A stretch of DNA of 60,381 bases, the filler included, from Porpidia crustulata (taxonomy: Eukaryota), in assembly GCA_964255105.1 (NCBI GenBank). It is 9 parts of 9 records of this genome, joined end to end, with 100 filler letters (N's around TTAATTAATTAA, not from the genome) between each part and the next. Parts side by side here need not be neighbours in the genome. Positions count along the whole stretch, not along the records: positions 1 to 6,629 come from CAXUWE010001491.1; positions 6,730 to 13,354 come from CAXUWE010001492.1; 7 more parts are not named here. One strand, 5' to 3'. This document shows positions 1 through 10,911 of this stretch, piece by piece. Below the pieces are notes generated by a model. That model ran no database searches. It was not told where the DNA came from and saw only the letters and a list, made by a program, of their open reading frames with translations. Each line of letters begins with the position of its first letter. Position 1 is the stretch's first letter. A program made the translations under genes and the position numbers.

Positions 1-118
1 GTCAAGAAATATATGAGGGACGCGTACAATAGTCCGACGCGATTACATATCTAAAAAGCACATCTACAAAGACCGACAATACAAAGAGACAAAAGAAAAC
101 TCAAAGTCTTTCATTAGA

Positions 119-2119
119 TCAAATAAACCTCGCCCTCCTCGCTGCTACCAAACTCGCCACCACCATCGCCGCAATAACCCCAATGATGCCGAAAAACCAC
201 CCCAGCCCGTCCGCGTTCTTGCCCGGCACAGGCACATTCATGCCGAAGAGACCGCAGATCAGGTTCAGCGGGACCAGGATGGTGGCCAGCAGGGTGATCT
301 TGCTGAGCACGCGGTTGGCGATGTTGCCCTGGGCGATGTGGTCGACGCTAAGCTGGGCGAGGTAGTTGGAATGCGAGCGCGACAGCATCTTCTCAAAGTG
401 GCCGAGGTTCGACATCATGGTCACGACGTGGTCCTGGATGTCGCCGAGGTAGAGGCCGATCTCGCCGCGGGGCGTGACGCTGTACTGGTCGTTGCAGCGC
501 TTGGCGAAGCCCTTGATCACGTCGGCTTTGCCGCCGAGGAGGCGCATCAGCGACATGACTTTTTTGCGGCATTCGCCGATTTGCCGGAGCAGTGGGGAGA
601 AGTCGTCGGTGCGGGCGACGAAGACTTGGTCCTCGATGACGTCGGTTTCGATTTCGATGCTGGTGATGACCGGGCCGAAGGTATCGACGATGTTGTCGAT
701 GAGAGCGTAGCAGATCCAATCGGCCGTGAGGGCCATGTAGTCGCGGAGTTTACCGATGCGCTTGCGGACGTTGGCGGCATGGGGTGACTGCGTGTAGGTG
801 AAGGTGAGGATGCCTTCACGGAAGACGACCATGTAGACGTTGACGGGTTCCATATAGTCTTCGCTAGTCTTGTCCATTTGAAAAAAGGATTTGAAGCAGA
901 CAAAGTAATACTGTCTGAACAATTCGACCTTTTCTCTTGCTTCTTGCGTGATGATGTCCTCGGTCGTAAGGGGATGGATGCCAAAGGCTCGTTGAAAAGC
1001 GTGCAACTCCTCCTCAGTGGGATTTAGAGCATCAAGCCACCAGCACCCGCCATCAGCGGGAAGCTCAAAGAGGTCACGGAATGTCTCGCCTGGTCTCAGA
1101 AGGTCTCCAAAGTCGGTCGCATGAATTGTCTGCTCGATTTCTGACGAGAAGAAGCTATAACGACTGAGTTCGAAAATACTTGCTCGTCGCTCCTGGGGTC
1201 CATTGGCTCCTAGCGTATCTAGATCCTTCTCATTAAGGATAGAGTTGCTATCGTCGATTGCAGACTCATCCTGTACGCGACCATACGCATCAGGCCTGAC
1301 TGGGCTGGCAGACTGAGTCGTAATTTTGGGGATGCTTGATCCATTGCGTAGAACGTTGAAGATTCTCGGCTTGTTTCCCTGAGAGCTGAAGCTTAATTTC
1401 TGTCGACAAGCGCCTACCATAGGTGGTCTGCCTCTTGTGCTCTCCGCCACAAATTCGTCCAACTCCTCGAAATCGATCTTGTAAGTCTTCCAATTTTCTT
1501 CCCCTTGAGGGAAGCATACATCTTCTTCAGCAGGATTATCATATGAAGCCCCATCGTCCCTAGTGCCTAAAACGCTCCCATTACTGAATGCTGGCCGTCG
1601 ACGATTTGTCCCACCTGAAATGGTACGTTGAAGACCTTCTTCGTGGTCGGAGGGCGCCTTGCTCCCAACGGTATTTGCTCGCTCACGCCGACGTGGATCG
1701 GCAAAAGCATCCACAGAGTTAGCGGGAGATGTCGACCTAGAGCTAGGTGACGAGTCTCGAGATTTGTTGGGCTGGAATTTGGTTCGGCCACCTGTACCAC
1801 GCCGAGCAGTGATTGGACCGAGCGTTGTGTTACACTCATCTAAATGCTCCTCGTTCCCACTCTTATCGTCGTCAATGATAGCATGCTCGAAATCTTTTGC
1901 CACGGGGACTGCCCCGAGCAATCCTTCTTGTGCTTGTGTAATTTGTGGCAATCCCATGTTTGTAACACTCGAGATTGTGTTTCGCCTGCTGACAGCGGAG
2001 GCAGAGTTTCCAATGCTGTCAACTCGAGGGATTGAGAGTGGCTGCTGGCGATGGTCATCAAGGTCGGATACCGGAGTACTGAACCTGGTTTGGGACCTTT
2101 CAGATTTTGGAGAATCCAT
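119..2119 (-). CDS. ALR1: CorA-family Mg2+ transporter, Alr1-like (intronless; likely start MDSPK at 2119)
   Basis: C-terminal CorA domain with two TM helices and the GMN signature (LICGLFGMNVPVPG); WWLD..NPT, FGIHPLTTEDI, REKVELF and LYLGDIQDH motifs; long low-complexity N-terminus. The ORF track starts at a TTG; the first ATG is at 2119. Confidence 0.92.
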   Translation of the reverse strand: MDSPKSERSQTRFSTPVSDLDDHRQQPLSIPRVDSIGNSASAVSRRNTISSVTNMGLPQITQAQEGLLGAVPVAKDFEHAIIDDDKSGNEEHLDECNTTLGPITARRGTGGRTKFQPNKSRDSSPSSRSTSPANSVDAFADPRRRERANTVGSKAPSDHEEGLQRTISGGTNRRRPAFSNGSVLGTRDDGASYDNPAEEDVCFPQGEENWKTYKIDFEELDEFVAESTRGRPPMVGACRQKLSFSSQGNKPRIFNVLRNGSSIPKITTQSASPVRPDAYGRVQDESAIDDSNSILNEKDLDTLGANGPQERRASIFELSRYSFFSSEIEQTIHATDFGDLLRPGETFRDLFELPADGGCWWLDALNPTEEELHAFQRAFGIHPLTTEDIITQEAREKVELFRQYYFVCFKSFFQMDKTSEDYMEPVNVYMVVFREGILTFTYTQSPHAANVRKRIGKLRDYMALTADWICYALIDNIVDTFGPVITSIEIETDVIEDQVFVARTDDFSPLLRQIGECRKKVMSLMRLLGGKADVIKGFAKRCNDQYSVTPRGEIGLYLGDIQDHVVTMMSNLGHFEKMLSRSHSNYLAQLSVDHIAQGNIANRVLSKITLLATILVPLNLICGLFGMNVPVPGKNADGLGWFFGIIGVIAAMVVASLVAARRARFI

Positions 2120-2764
2120 CTTGGTAAATGCTGAGGGTGAGAAGTAGAGATCTACGACTTCCTTGGTATGGAGAGTCAAAGACTGATTCGCTGGCTGGGT
2201 ATTTGATCCTCCGAGAGCAACGGCTCTAATCTCTATCAACAAGCGGTCTTTTGAGGTTGGTGTAGGTCGCTCGACTCTTGATTGGCAATGCTAAATAAGA
2301 TCATTCAAGCGATCAAGCTTGATAGCAAATCAGGTGGCTCCTATAACTGTATAAACTTTTCTCTTCTCTACAATATGTTAAATGGTATATAATATCCGAG
2401 AGAATCCAATTAAGGAGGCTTGAGAACCCCTCCGGCTCGGGCCCGAAATTTTGGTCCCAACAGAGGTCGGATGAGGAGATCTTGAAGGGAGCGAGGCCCC
2501 GCCAACTTGGAGGACTTGTAATGGTAAAGCCTTTGAGGCGCCAGAATGATGGTTTTTCCGGAAAAAGGGCTAGTTGGAGCCAAGTTTTTTTTATTCAGCG
2601 GTTAAGAGACTCTATACGCGCGCAATAGAAATTGAAGCAAATACGTATGAAGATTTCTATCAACGAGATGCCTTTGTAGAATAGGAAACGAAAAAATATT
2701 TGCAGTTGTCGTTAGTTGAGGAAGGACGAGGAGATGGATGTGGAAAAGTTTGCAGGATTTAAAG

Positions 2765-3265
2765 TACTCGTTCTAACCCCCCTACGGTCCGAACTCCCCT
2801 ACAGTCCGCGCTAAGTCCTAGAATTAGAGCTATGGAGATTTTAATTCGCCCGCCATTCAAAAGCGATCGGACTTTCATAAATTTTGGGCTGATTTGTAGC
2901 TTTGATTTAGATCTAGATAATGAGCTATTTAAATAAAAATTAAATCGATGATGCATTGCGGTTACATCAGTTAAAATAATTGAAAAATTCTGATGTTCGT
3001 TCTGTAATAAGGTTTCGAAAGCTAATTAACTAAGGTTTTGAGCGCCCGCGCGCTTTATTGAATTTCAAACATTCAACTGATGTAGCCGCAATGCGCCATC
3101 AATGTAATTGTTATTTTGATAGCTCATTATTTAGACCTAGATTAGAGCTATAAATTAAACCAAAATTTATGAAAATCTGATCGCTTTTGAATAGTGGGCG
3201 AATTAAAATCCCCATAGCCCTAACCCTAGGGCTTAGCGCGGACCGTAGGGGGGGTAGAACGAGTA
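2765..3265. mobile_element. Non-autonomous fold-back DNA transposon (MITE-like), ~210-bp imperfect terminal inverted repeats, TA at both ends
   Basis: 2765-~2990 (TACTCGTTCTAACCCCCCTACGGTCCG...) aligns to the reverse complement of ~3060-3265 (...CGGACCGTAGGGGGGGTAGAACGAGTA). The spacer is ~70 bp, the element is AT-rich with no credible ORF, and terminal TA is compatible with a Tc1/mariner-type target site. Confidence 0.85.
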
Positions 3266-3529
3266 TTACGCTAGAAGATGATGTGCGGAAAGAGTCTGGC
3301 GCGAGGAGACATGTGACATGTGAGAGTCGCTAGTCTCGATCCGTTCACTTAGAAACAACGCAGATTTTCACACAGCATCGATTCGACATCTAACTCCAGA
3401 TTCTACGCCTTTAATTGGTTATCGACAATACGATAAACTATAGCCAAATTCTGCAAGTTGACTCAAATATGACTCCTATAATCAACACCCGCGAAAGATC
3501 CATATACCATAGTGTACCCTTTCGCCCAC

Positions 3530-6084
3530 CTATAGGCCAACCCATGACGAAGTCTCCTCGATATCAAATTGCCCTTCTAAGAATGGTCCACTGCTGCTCC
3601 GTCCAACCAGCACAATGTAGTGGCCTTTCTCCACAAGCCATCTCTCCCTCCGCTCCTCCCAAAACGCGCATGCATACTTCTTTTCTATCTCGACCGATAC
3701 CCTTTTCTCTTCGCCTGCCGCTAGATGAACTTTTCCAAATCCCTTCAACTCTTTCACAGCTTTTCTGATGCTCGGCTTGCCCTGCGCTACGTACACCTGG
3801 ACCACTTCCTTGCCTTGCTTATCACCTATGTTCTTTACTGTGGTGGAAATTCTCAGGTGAGTTTTCGGACACGAGACTGACGTTTCAACATTCAAAGAGG
3901 ATATTTCAAAGGTGGTGTAGGATAGACCATGGCCGAAGGAAAAGAGAGGCGGAAGTTCGAGCTTATCGTAGTAGCGATAGCCAACAAAGATATCTTCACC
4001 GTAGAGAACCCGTCCGCCCTCAGAGCAATAGTTCAAGTACGCAGGATTGTGGGAAAGAAGTCTCGGCCAACTCAACGAGAGTTTGCCGCAGGGATTGGTG
4101 TCGCCAAAGAGTACATCTGCGATTGCATTGCCAGTCTCGTTTCCGCCATACCAAGCGTGTACTAGAGCGCCTGCTTGATTAGCCCATGGCATCGATATTG
4201 GTGTCCCACTTTGATTGACTATTACTGCTTTCGGATTGACCTCGAGAACTCTTGTGATGAGCTTGTCGCTATGTTCTGGCAAATCCATATGTGACCTATC
4301 GAAACCCTCACTCTCCCAGTCGCCGTTCAGGCCAGCAAACACAATCACTTGGTCTACCTCCTTGGCTAGCTTTACTGCTTCTGCGATGGCTTCTTCGGGG
4401 TCGAGGCGTTTACATCCTCCAAGGCGGAAGCCACCGTAACCGAATGACACGATTCCTGGGCTTTCCAACTCAGACGTTGCGGCTGTGCCAAACTCTATGT
4501 GAATCTTGTAAGTCTGGCCAGCATTCAGTTTCGTTGACCTGACTATCTCGCCAGTGCCACAGCCGAAGAATACGGATCCGTGGACTTGGTCTTTCGTGTT
4601 GTTGATAAGCATTTCGCCGTTAATATAGAGATTGGCGGTACCATGAACAGCTAGGCCAAAATCGAACGCGCCATCCTCCTCCGGAGTATACGTCGCATCG
4701 AGTTCAACGTAGAAGACGTCACTTATCAATTTTTCATTCTTGTAATCTGCCAAGAACACTCTGGAGTCAATCAAATAGCGCTCATCAATTAGTTCGCGGT
4801 CTCTGCAATCTGGAGGTTGGTTGAATGCTTGGAATCGGAATCCTCGACGGGTGCCATCGGGTGTCCGCAGCTTTTCGCCAATCTTGGGTAGTTCCTTGTG
4901 GCCGTAAGCACCTTGGGCGAAGCGTACGTTCTCACACTTTTCAGAAACCCCTTCAAAAGGCGTGATAGCGTAGTAAGGTGTGAGCGCGGCACTTCCACCC
5001 CCGCAAAACGCGGCTACCTTTGAGTTGGGGCCTATGACAGCAACAGTCTTAGTTTTATCGAGAGGTAGGGTACTGTTCTCGTTCTTCAATAAAACAATGG
5101 ATTCTGCGGCAACCCGACGAAGTAGAGCTCGGTCTTCGGGATGATCTTTTATACCTTCCTTTTGTCCTTCTAGGATACCAGACTTGGAGGCCAACTTGAT
5201 TATTTTAAGAACTTCACGCACACTCTCATCAAGCACATGCTCCTTCACTTTATTCGAAGTCACTGCGTGAGTAAGAGCATCCGTCCGCCAGCGAGTAGGT
5301 CCTGGCATCTCTAGGTCGAGTCCTGCATTTATAGCTTCTGAGGTGGTGTAAGTCCCGTACCAATCGCTCATCAGCAACCCTTGCCAATCCCAATCCTTCC
5401 GTAGAATATCTATCGTCTTATGATTTTCGCTCACATGGGTCCCATTGACCTTATTATACGCGGTCATGACGGCTTGCGGCTTGGAAATCTTGATAGCCAA
5501 CATGAAAGGCATGAGGTAGATCTCCCGCAAAGCTCTGTCTGTCAAGATGCTGTCGACCGCCATTCGTTCATGCTCCTGGTCATTACAGACAAAGTGTTTT
5601 ATTGTAGGTATGATGTCCTTGTCTTTCACTCCGAGACAGTATGAGCCAGCCAATGTTCCGGAGAGAAATGGATCCTCGGAGTAAGACTCGAAGCCACGAC
5701 CGCCTAGAGGTGAACGTTGGATATTAATAGTCGGCCCCAGCAAGACATGTGCTCCCTTAGCCTTTGCTTCGTCTCCTAATAGACGCCCAACGTCCCGTAG
5801 TAGATCAACGTCAAATGTAGCACCAAGAGCTGTCCCACATGGGAAACAAGCTGCTGGTATTCCATCGAAGAATGTTATACCACGTACGCCATTAGGACCA
5901 TCAGACAAACGCAGGGCAGGGATCTTGAGTCGACGAATGGGCGTGGTATGCCAGAAGTCACTTCCTGAACCCAAGGTCAGTAAGTACCTTCGAAGCCTTG
6001 AAGAAACGAATTACCAGCCGTTAGCATAACCTTCTCCTTCAGCGTTAGCTGTGAAATGATGCTTTCCACATCTATGTCAGCCAT
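3530..6084 (-). CDS. GH3 beta-glucosidase with PA14 insertion and Fn3-like domain, no signal peptide
   Basis: Exon 1 6015-6084 (MADIDVESIISQLTLKEKVMLTAG), intron 5965-6014; SDGPNGVRG, GGRGFESYSEDP, KHFVCND, nucleophile motif MSDW, WESEGFDR, FSFGHGLSYT and KELKGF. Confidence 0.95.
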
Positions 6085-6629
6085 GTTTATTTCTTCTATT
6101 CCAATTCAACTTCTATGGTAAGTCGGCGATGAGTAAGTAATTCACGTTGCAAGGTAGATATGCGGGAGATAGCAGGCAAGCAGCAGCTTTTATATACAGA
6201 AAGTGGATATGGATAGTTGACAGAGCATGCACCAAACTAACTAGACTCGTTTCAGCCATTCACAGCCATTGGCTTGAATAGGGAAGGTTGAGATTGTTTC
6301 AAGATTGAAAAACGTGAACAAATTGACAAGACAGGAAATCACAGGAAAGTATCCGATCCGCGGATCTTACAAACGGTAGGGCTGTGGAGAAGGATCCACT
6401 CGCCTCCATTTCATATCCAATAGGGTGGAGACAATGCTCAAGATTTCTCATGTGGGAGCTGCAGAATGCCGTTGATCAGCGACGAAGCGGCACGACGTAG
6501 GCCTTTCCAAGCAACCAAACAAATTCAGGATGGGTTTGCCCCAAAAGTAGACTAATGTTATTCATGTCCAGAATTAACGTAATCCGACACTAAACGCACA
6601 CCCCACCAAAATCCAACCATTATGTTCAA

Positions 6630-6729
6630 NNNNNNNNNNNNNNNNNNNNNNNNNNNNNNNNNNNNNNNNNNNNTTAATTAATTAANNNNNNNNNNNNNNN
6701 NNNNNNNNNNNNNNNNNNNNNNNNNNNNN
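6630..6729. other. Artificial contig linker
   Basis: 44 N + TTAATTAATTAA (stops in all six frames) + 44 N. Confidence 0.98.
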
Positions 6730-8172
6730 GGGACTTACCGCTGTTGTCGGGAAAGACTGCGGTGTCGCCGGCGGTGAAATCGAATGTGCGGGCGATTCCT
6801 CCGCCGAGGAATACGGTGGCGCGGGCTTGGCCTTGGTGGAAGTACAGCCATTCTTCGGCCTGAGATAGGTGGGATCGTAAGTTTGGAGGGCCATTCCTGA
6901 TCACGTAGGAAGACGATGTGTACTTACATTTGGATGCCAGTGCAGCTCCCTCAAGCCTTTTGGCTCCAAAGTTACAATCGCAGCAGCAATTGTGATGGCG
7001 ATAGGGAAGTTGCGAGAATCAACAATGGCGAGTGTGCCACCGCCGCCGGGTGCTGGTGGTACTGGATGCTGTGATAGATGGTAAACATAGGAGCTGTTGC
7101 CTTGGAGTTTTCCATATGGGCTCTCTATGTCTGGCGAGCTGACGTTACTCTTCGCAATGTAAGGATCTGTCGTTGGGACAGTGTCGAATATTGACTCATT
7201 GACACCAAAGTTTTTAGCAAGGATCGATCTGGGGGTATGAGTTATCCAGTCGTCGACGTTGAATGTAGTTCTATGGCGCATTAGCGGAACGTTATTTGGA
7301 TGAGCCGCTAGTGATTACCCGGTTGCATCGAAGTTCCCTACAACAGGATTAGCTTTGAATTCGAGTTCGTATTTCAGGGAACATACCATCGTCAAACGCT
7401 AGAAGGTACTCATTTTCACTACCAAGGCCTTATAAAATTAATGCCATCACTTGTTGCCTGCGAACGAAAACCATACCTTGAATCGTATGTGCCTGTCCTT
7501 TTGGAAAATACCATATATCACCCACTTGCAAGTCGTCGACTTGATTATTCCCAGTCTCGTCCACGGCAGAGACACGAACCGATCCGGAATAAACGTAGCC
7601 CCATTCCGCCTGCCCTAAAATCAGTGACAAGCTTAGTCCAATACCCCAATAACGCTTACCACTCGGTGCCAATGAAGCTCCCTCAGAGCTCCTTTTGTGA
7701 GGTGTTGTTGAGCAGCAGCGATGTCCTTACTAGCGGGCAAATCGGTCACAACCTGCTCTCGAACCCAGCCTCCAGGAAAGAGCCTTGTCTTGGAGTCCGA
7801 GAAGCTCCATTTGAGATTTGGGACTACTCCGTTGTCCGTTCCTTGGGCGCCAAGATTATCTGGGTTTTGTAGGTCTAGTGGTTTATTCGTTCCGCCTAAG
7901 TGGAAAGTATTAGCTTCGCTGGCATCTTGGTTGCATATATCATCGTTTTGGCAATGGAAGAACGATCAATTACCCAGGATGGGACCCCCGTTGCCATTCG
8001 CGTTAATAGGTTGGCCCTGTGTGAATTGTTGACGTTTTTCGAGCTCTGGGTGTAAGTGCTTATTAGGCGCTCGAGGTGATTCCTGACCCTGAGACTGTGC
8101 ATAACCTGCAGGACCAGCCGCTGAAAAACTTGGAATGCCTGCAAGCAAAAGAGCGAATGCCGAGAACCTCAT
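6730..8172 (-). CDS. Secreted bicupin, oxalate decarboxylase/oxidase family (multi-exon, 3' truncated at contig edge)
   Basis: Signal peptide MRFSAFALLLAGIPSFSAA; GQPINANGNGGPILGGTN; cupin 1 LRELHWHRV-AEWGYV...GDIWYFPKGQAHTIQG; cupin 2 LRELHWHPN-AEEWLYF...GDTAVFPDNSG. Confidence 0.93.
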
Positions 8173-10911
8173 ACTGAAGAATCAATAACAACAATGGTTG
8201 TACTCTGCAAGACTGAAAATACTGGCATCAAGAAGCAGAAAGCAGAGAATGCATGAAATGAGAACCAAACAAATAGTTCCTGCAGGTGCACAGATACTTA
8301 GGCATGCAGCAACCACAATCCCACATCAGCTGGCCCGATACGGAGCTTTTCGACCCATTGCGGCCTCGAGTAATGGAGATCGCGAAGACGTGATCTATAG
8401 CTAAGACTTTTCTGCACGACAGGGAATCGACGGAGTACTGCCGACAGAAGCAGCACAGGAAATGGCGCCACTAGGATAATCGGACTCTGGCCGCTGTGAC
8501 AGGCACGTAGGATGCATACCCATATCACTAGTCTCGATTGCAACATTGAAAAGCACGAGTCTGGTCGTGGAAGACGGCATACTCGTTGAGAAACATTTGC
8601 AGAAAGCAGCGCTAGGCTTCAAAGAGCGGTTGTTCTCAACTTGCGCCATATGTCGTGCTCGGTCGACACACTTTATGATTGGTCGTTCCGCAGCACGGCT
8701 TGATCACATTTGCTGATTGGCCTTGACATTGTCAGCACCCAGCAAAAGATTTCTGTTGTTCTTCAAGGTAATAGAATGTGCGGGCCAACGTGTCTTGTTT
8801 CTTCTAAAGCGAAGCTTGGTGCTTGAACGCACAGTACAATCCAGATTTTTATAATTATGTCTTTGTATTATGTATTTTATTTCGCCCCAGATCTAATACT
8901 CGCACTATTCCCTCAACGTGACTAGGCATCCATCCAAGGAGTGAGGTTAGGATCCGCTAGCCTATTAGGGGTAGCTATCCCACTGAGGGCTTAGCACGGT
9001 CAGTCCAATAGTGTTGCCCGGTTGACTACGTGACTACTACTCATCGTACCTTTCTTCATATTGCTGAAACTTATTTCATGTCATCACACACGTACCTTGC
9101 TACCAGAGTTCTTCCCGGTGTCTGAAAAGGCGATGGACGTTCATATATACATAGGACCGGAAGAGAGTAGGTAGTAAGGTATGTGCCCGATCATATCTAA
9201 CATATTTTCTCCTCGCTAATCAGGTCGAAAAATTATAATCGGTTTCATTGTTTGTATCGTATCCTTTTCTAATTCAGTAGACAGTCAATTGTATGTTCAT
9301 ACTTTCCTAAAAGCTATAAGTTCTCGACTTGGCAATGGCTGCACATAAACATGCATGTGAGCTATGCCTGGGTACCCACGCCAAATCAGCATTTTACAGG
9401 TCCAGGGACTCTATGATCGGAGCTTACTACCTGTGATCTATAATCAGTTCGTACGGATTCCTCTTTGGGTTCAGTCAGGGTATTTTCTTTGCATTGCGTG
9501 CTCAATTTGGGAGTTCGTTAGCATGGATTCTCTCCTCAACTTGGTAAGAGGCAGAATGATCCAAGCCAGATCGAGTCACCTCGAAGAACCGATTGCACGA
9601 CCATGGATGTTTTGGACAACTTCTGCACGGCTGGGCGTCCCCTATACCTTGCAGCTCATCACAAACCGGCCTAACTTTACTCCAGAGGATGTCGAACATT
9701 AGGGACTGAAAGGCCTAGTAGCCCGTGTCATATTATTGACATTCATGTGCATGCACATGAATGTAGAATCTAGATTATGTTGCATGCTGAGCTTGGCAAA
9801 GCTCACCCACGCTAATAAGCAACGACCTCTTTTCTATGATGTTATCACCAGTCTATGCTGGTAGCTAATTTGCTATCATCAAGGCACCAGCTGAGCTCCC
9901 AAGTACCCGCTGTAAGGCACGAGCGGGTCCGAGTCGCATTGGTAGGTGAAACTGTAGTCTATGTTCAATAGCGAACAGTCCCTCCAGATTCTAGAGTGAT
10001 TCTGTGTACCTTCCGCAAAGTGGCATCAGTCAAGTGGCAAACCACGTTGAGCAATGCCACTCACCCTTGAAAAGCGGGAAAGTTGACTAGCACATTCAGA
10101 GTTGCGGTCCTGTGATACCTTCCAGGGGCGTTCCACCATGGTGGCACTCCCATGATGCTTCGATGGCCACTTCCCTTCGCGCAGACTGGTAGCTTCTTGC
10201 TCGCTCTCGTGTCATGCTCTACTAATGCCGTATGGCATACTATTCCTGGTCTTGGTCGCGATTCATATTCCAGCCGTTTCTTGCAACCATTTACTATGTC
10301 CACTACTCTACTTTTGCTTTCAGTAATTTGATCGACTGTCTCGATGCGGTCGACGCTTCGTATGGTCGTGATGGTCATCTGAGACTGCTTTCGGAGAGGT
10401 GGGCGGCCATACTCCCTGTACGCCGTGAATGGTTACGATATCGTAAATCGTCGATCTACAGGCCACAATATCAGTGTACACTCAGTGCTTATGAATAGCG
10501 CCCATGGTCGATACTCTGCCGCTGGCATGGGCTTCATTCCAATGAGCGGTTCCTGGCACCAACTCCATCTCATCGCTGATGCTTTGCATAAGCCATAAAT
10601 TCTATGCCGATAAGCAGTTTCTGATATCGATTCCACAGCCTACGCCTCAATTGACTGCCCCAAAGCAGGTTTCCACCGCCATTGTTCAAGTCGTCATCCT
10701 CGAGATGATGCCATCGGGTCGATCTGGTAACGTGCAAGGTAGATCTATGTTGATGCGCTAGCGTGATAATTCTAGACTGAAAGGTGAGCGTAATGGAGCG
10801 CGAGACAGCCTTCTATAAGGAGACGAAATTGCCTCAATTCTGCTCTCATCATTTCAAAGCATATACACTAAGATCCCTTGAGATTTATACATGCGCAAAC
10901 CCTCTCACACT

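Noticed and set aside
338..984. Overlapping and antisense ORFs in GC-rich coding regions (also 39368-39943, 46338-46925, 47305-47668)
   Set aside because: These are shadow ORFs caused by high GC3 codon bias in the real genes.
8900..10760. Short ORFs and a possible transposon remnant between the bicupin and SBP56-like genes
   Set aside because: No recognisable domain, terminal repeats or consistent splice model.
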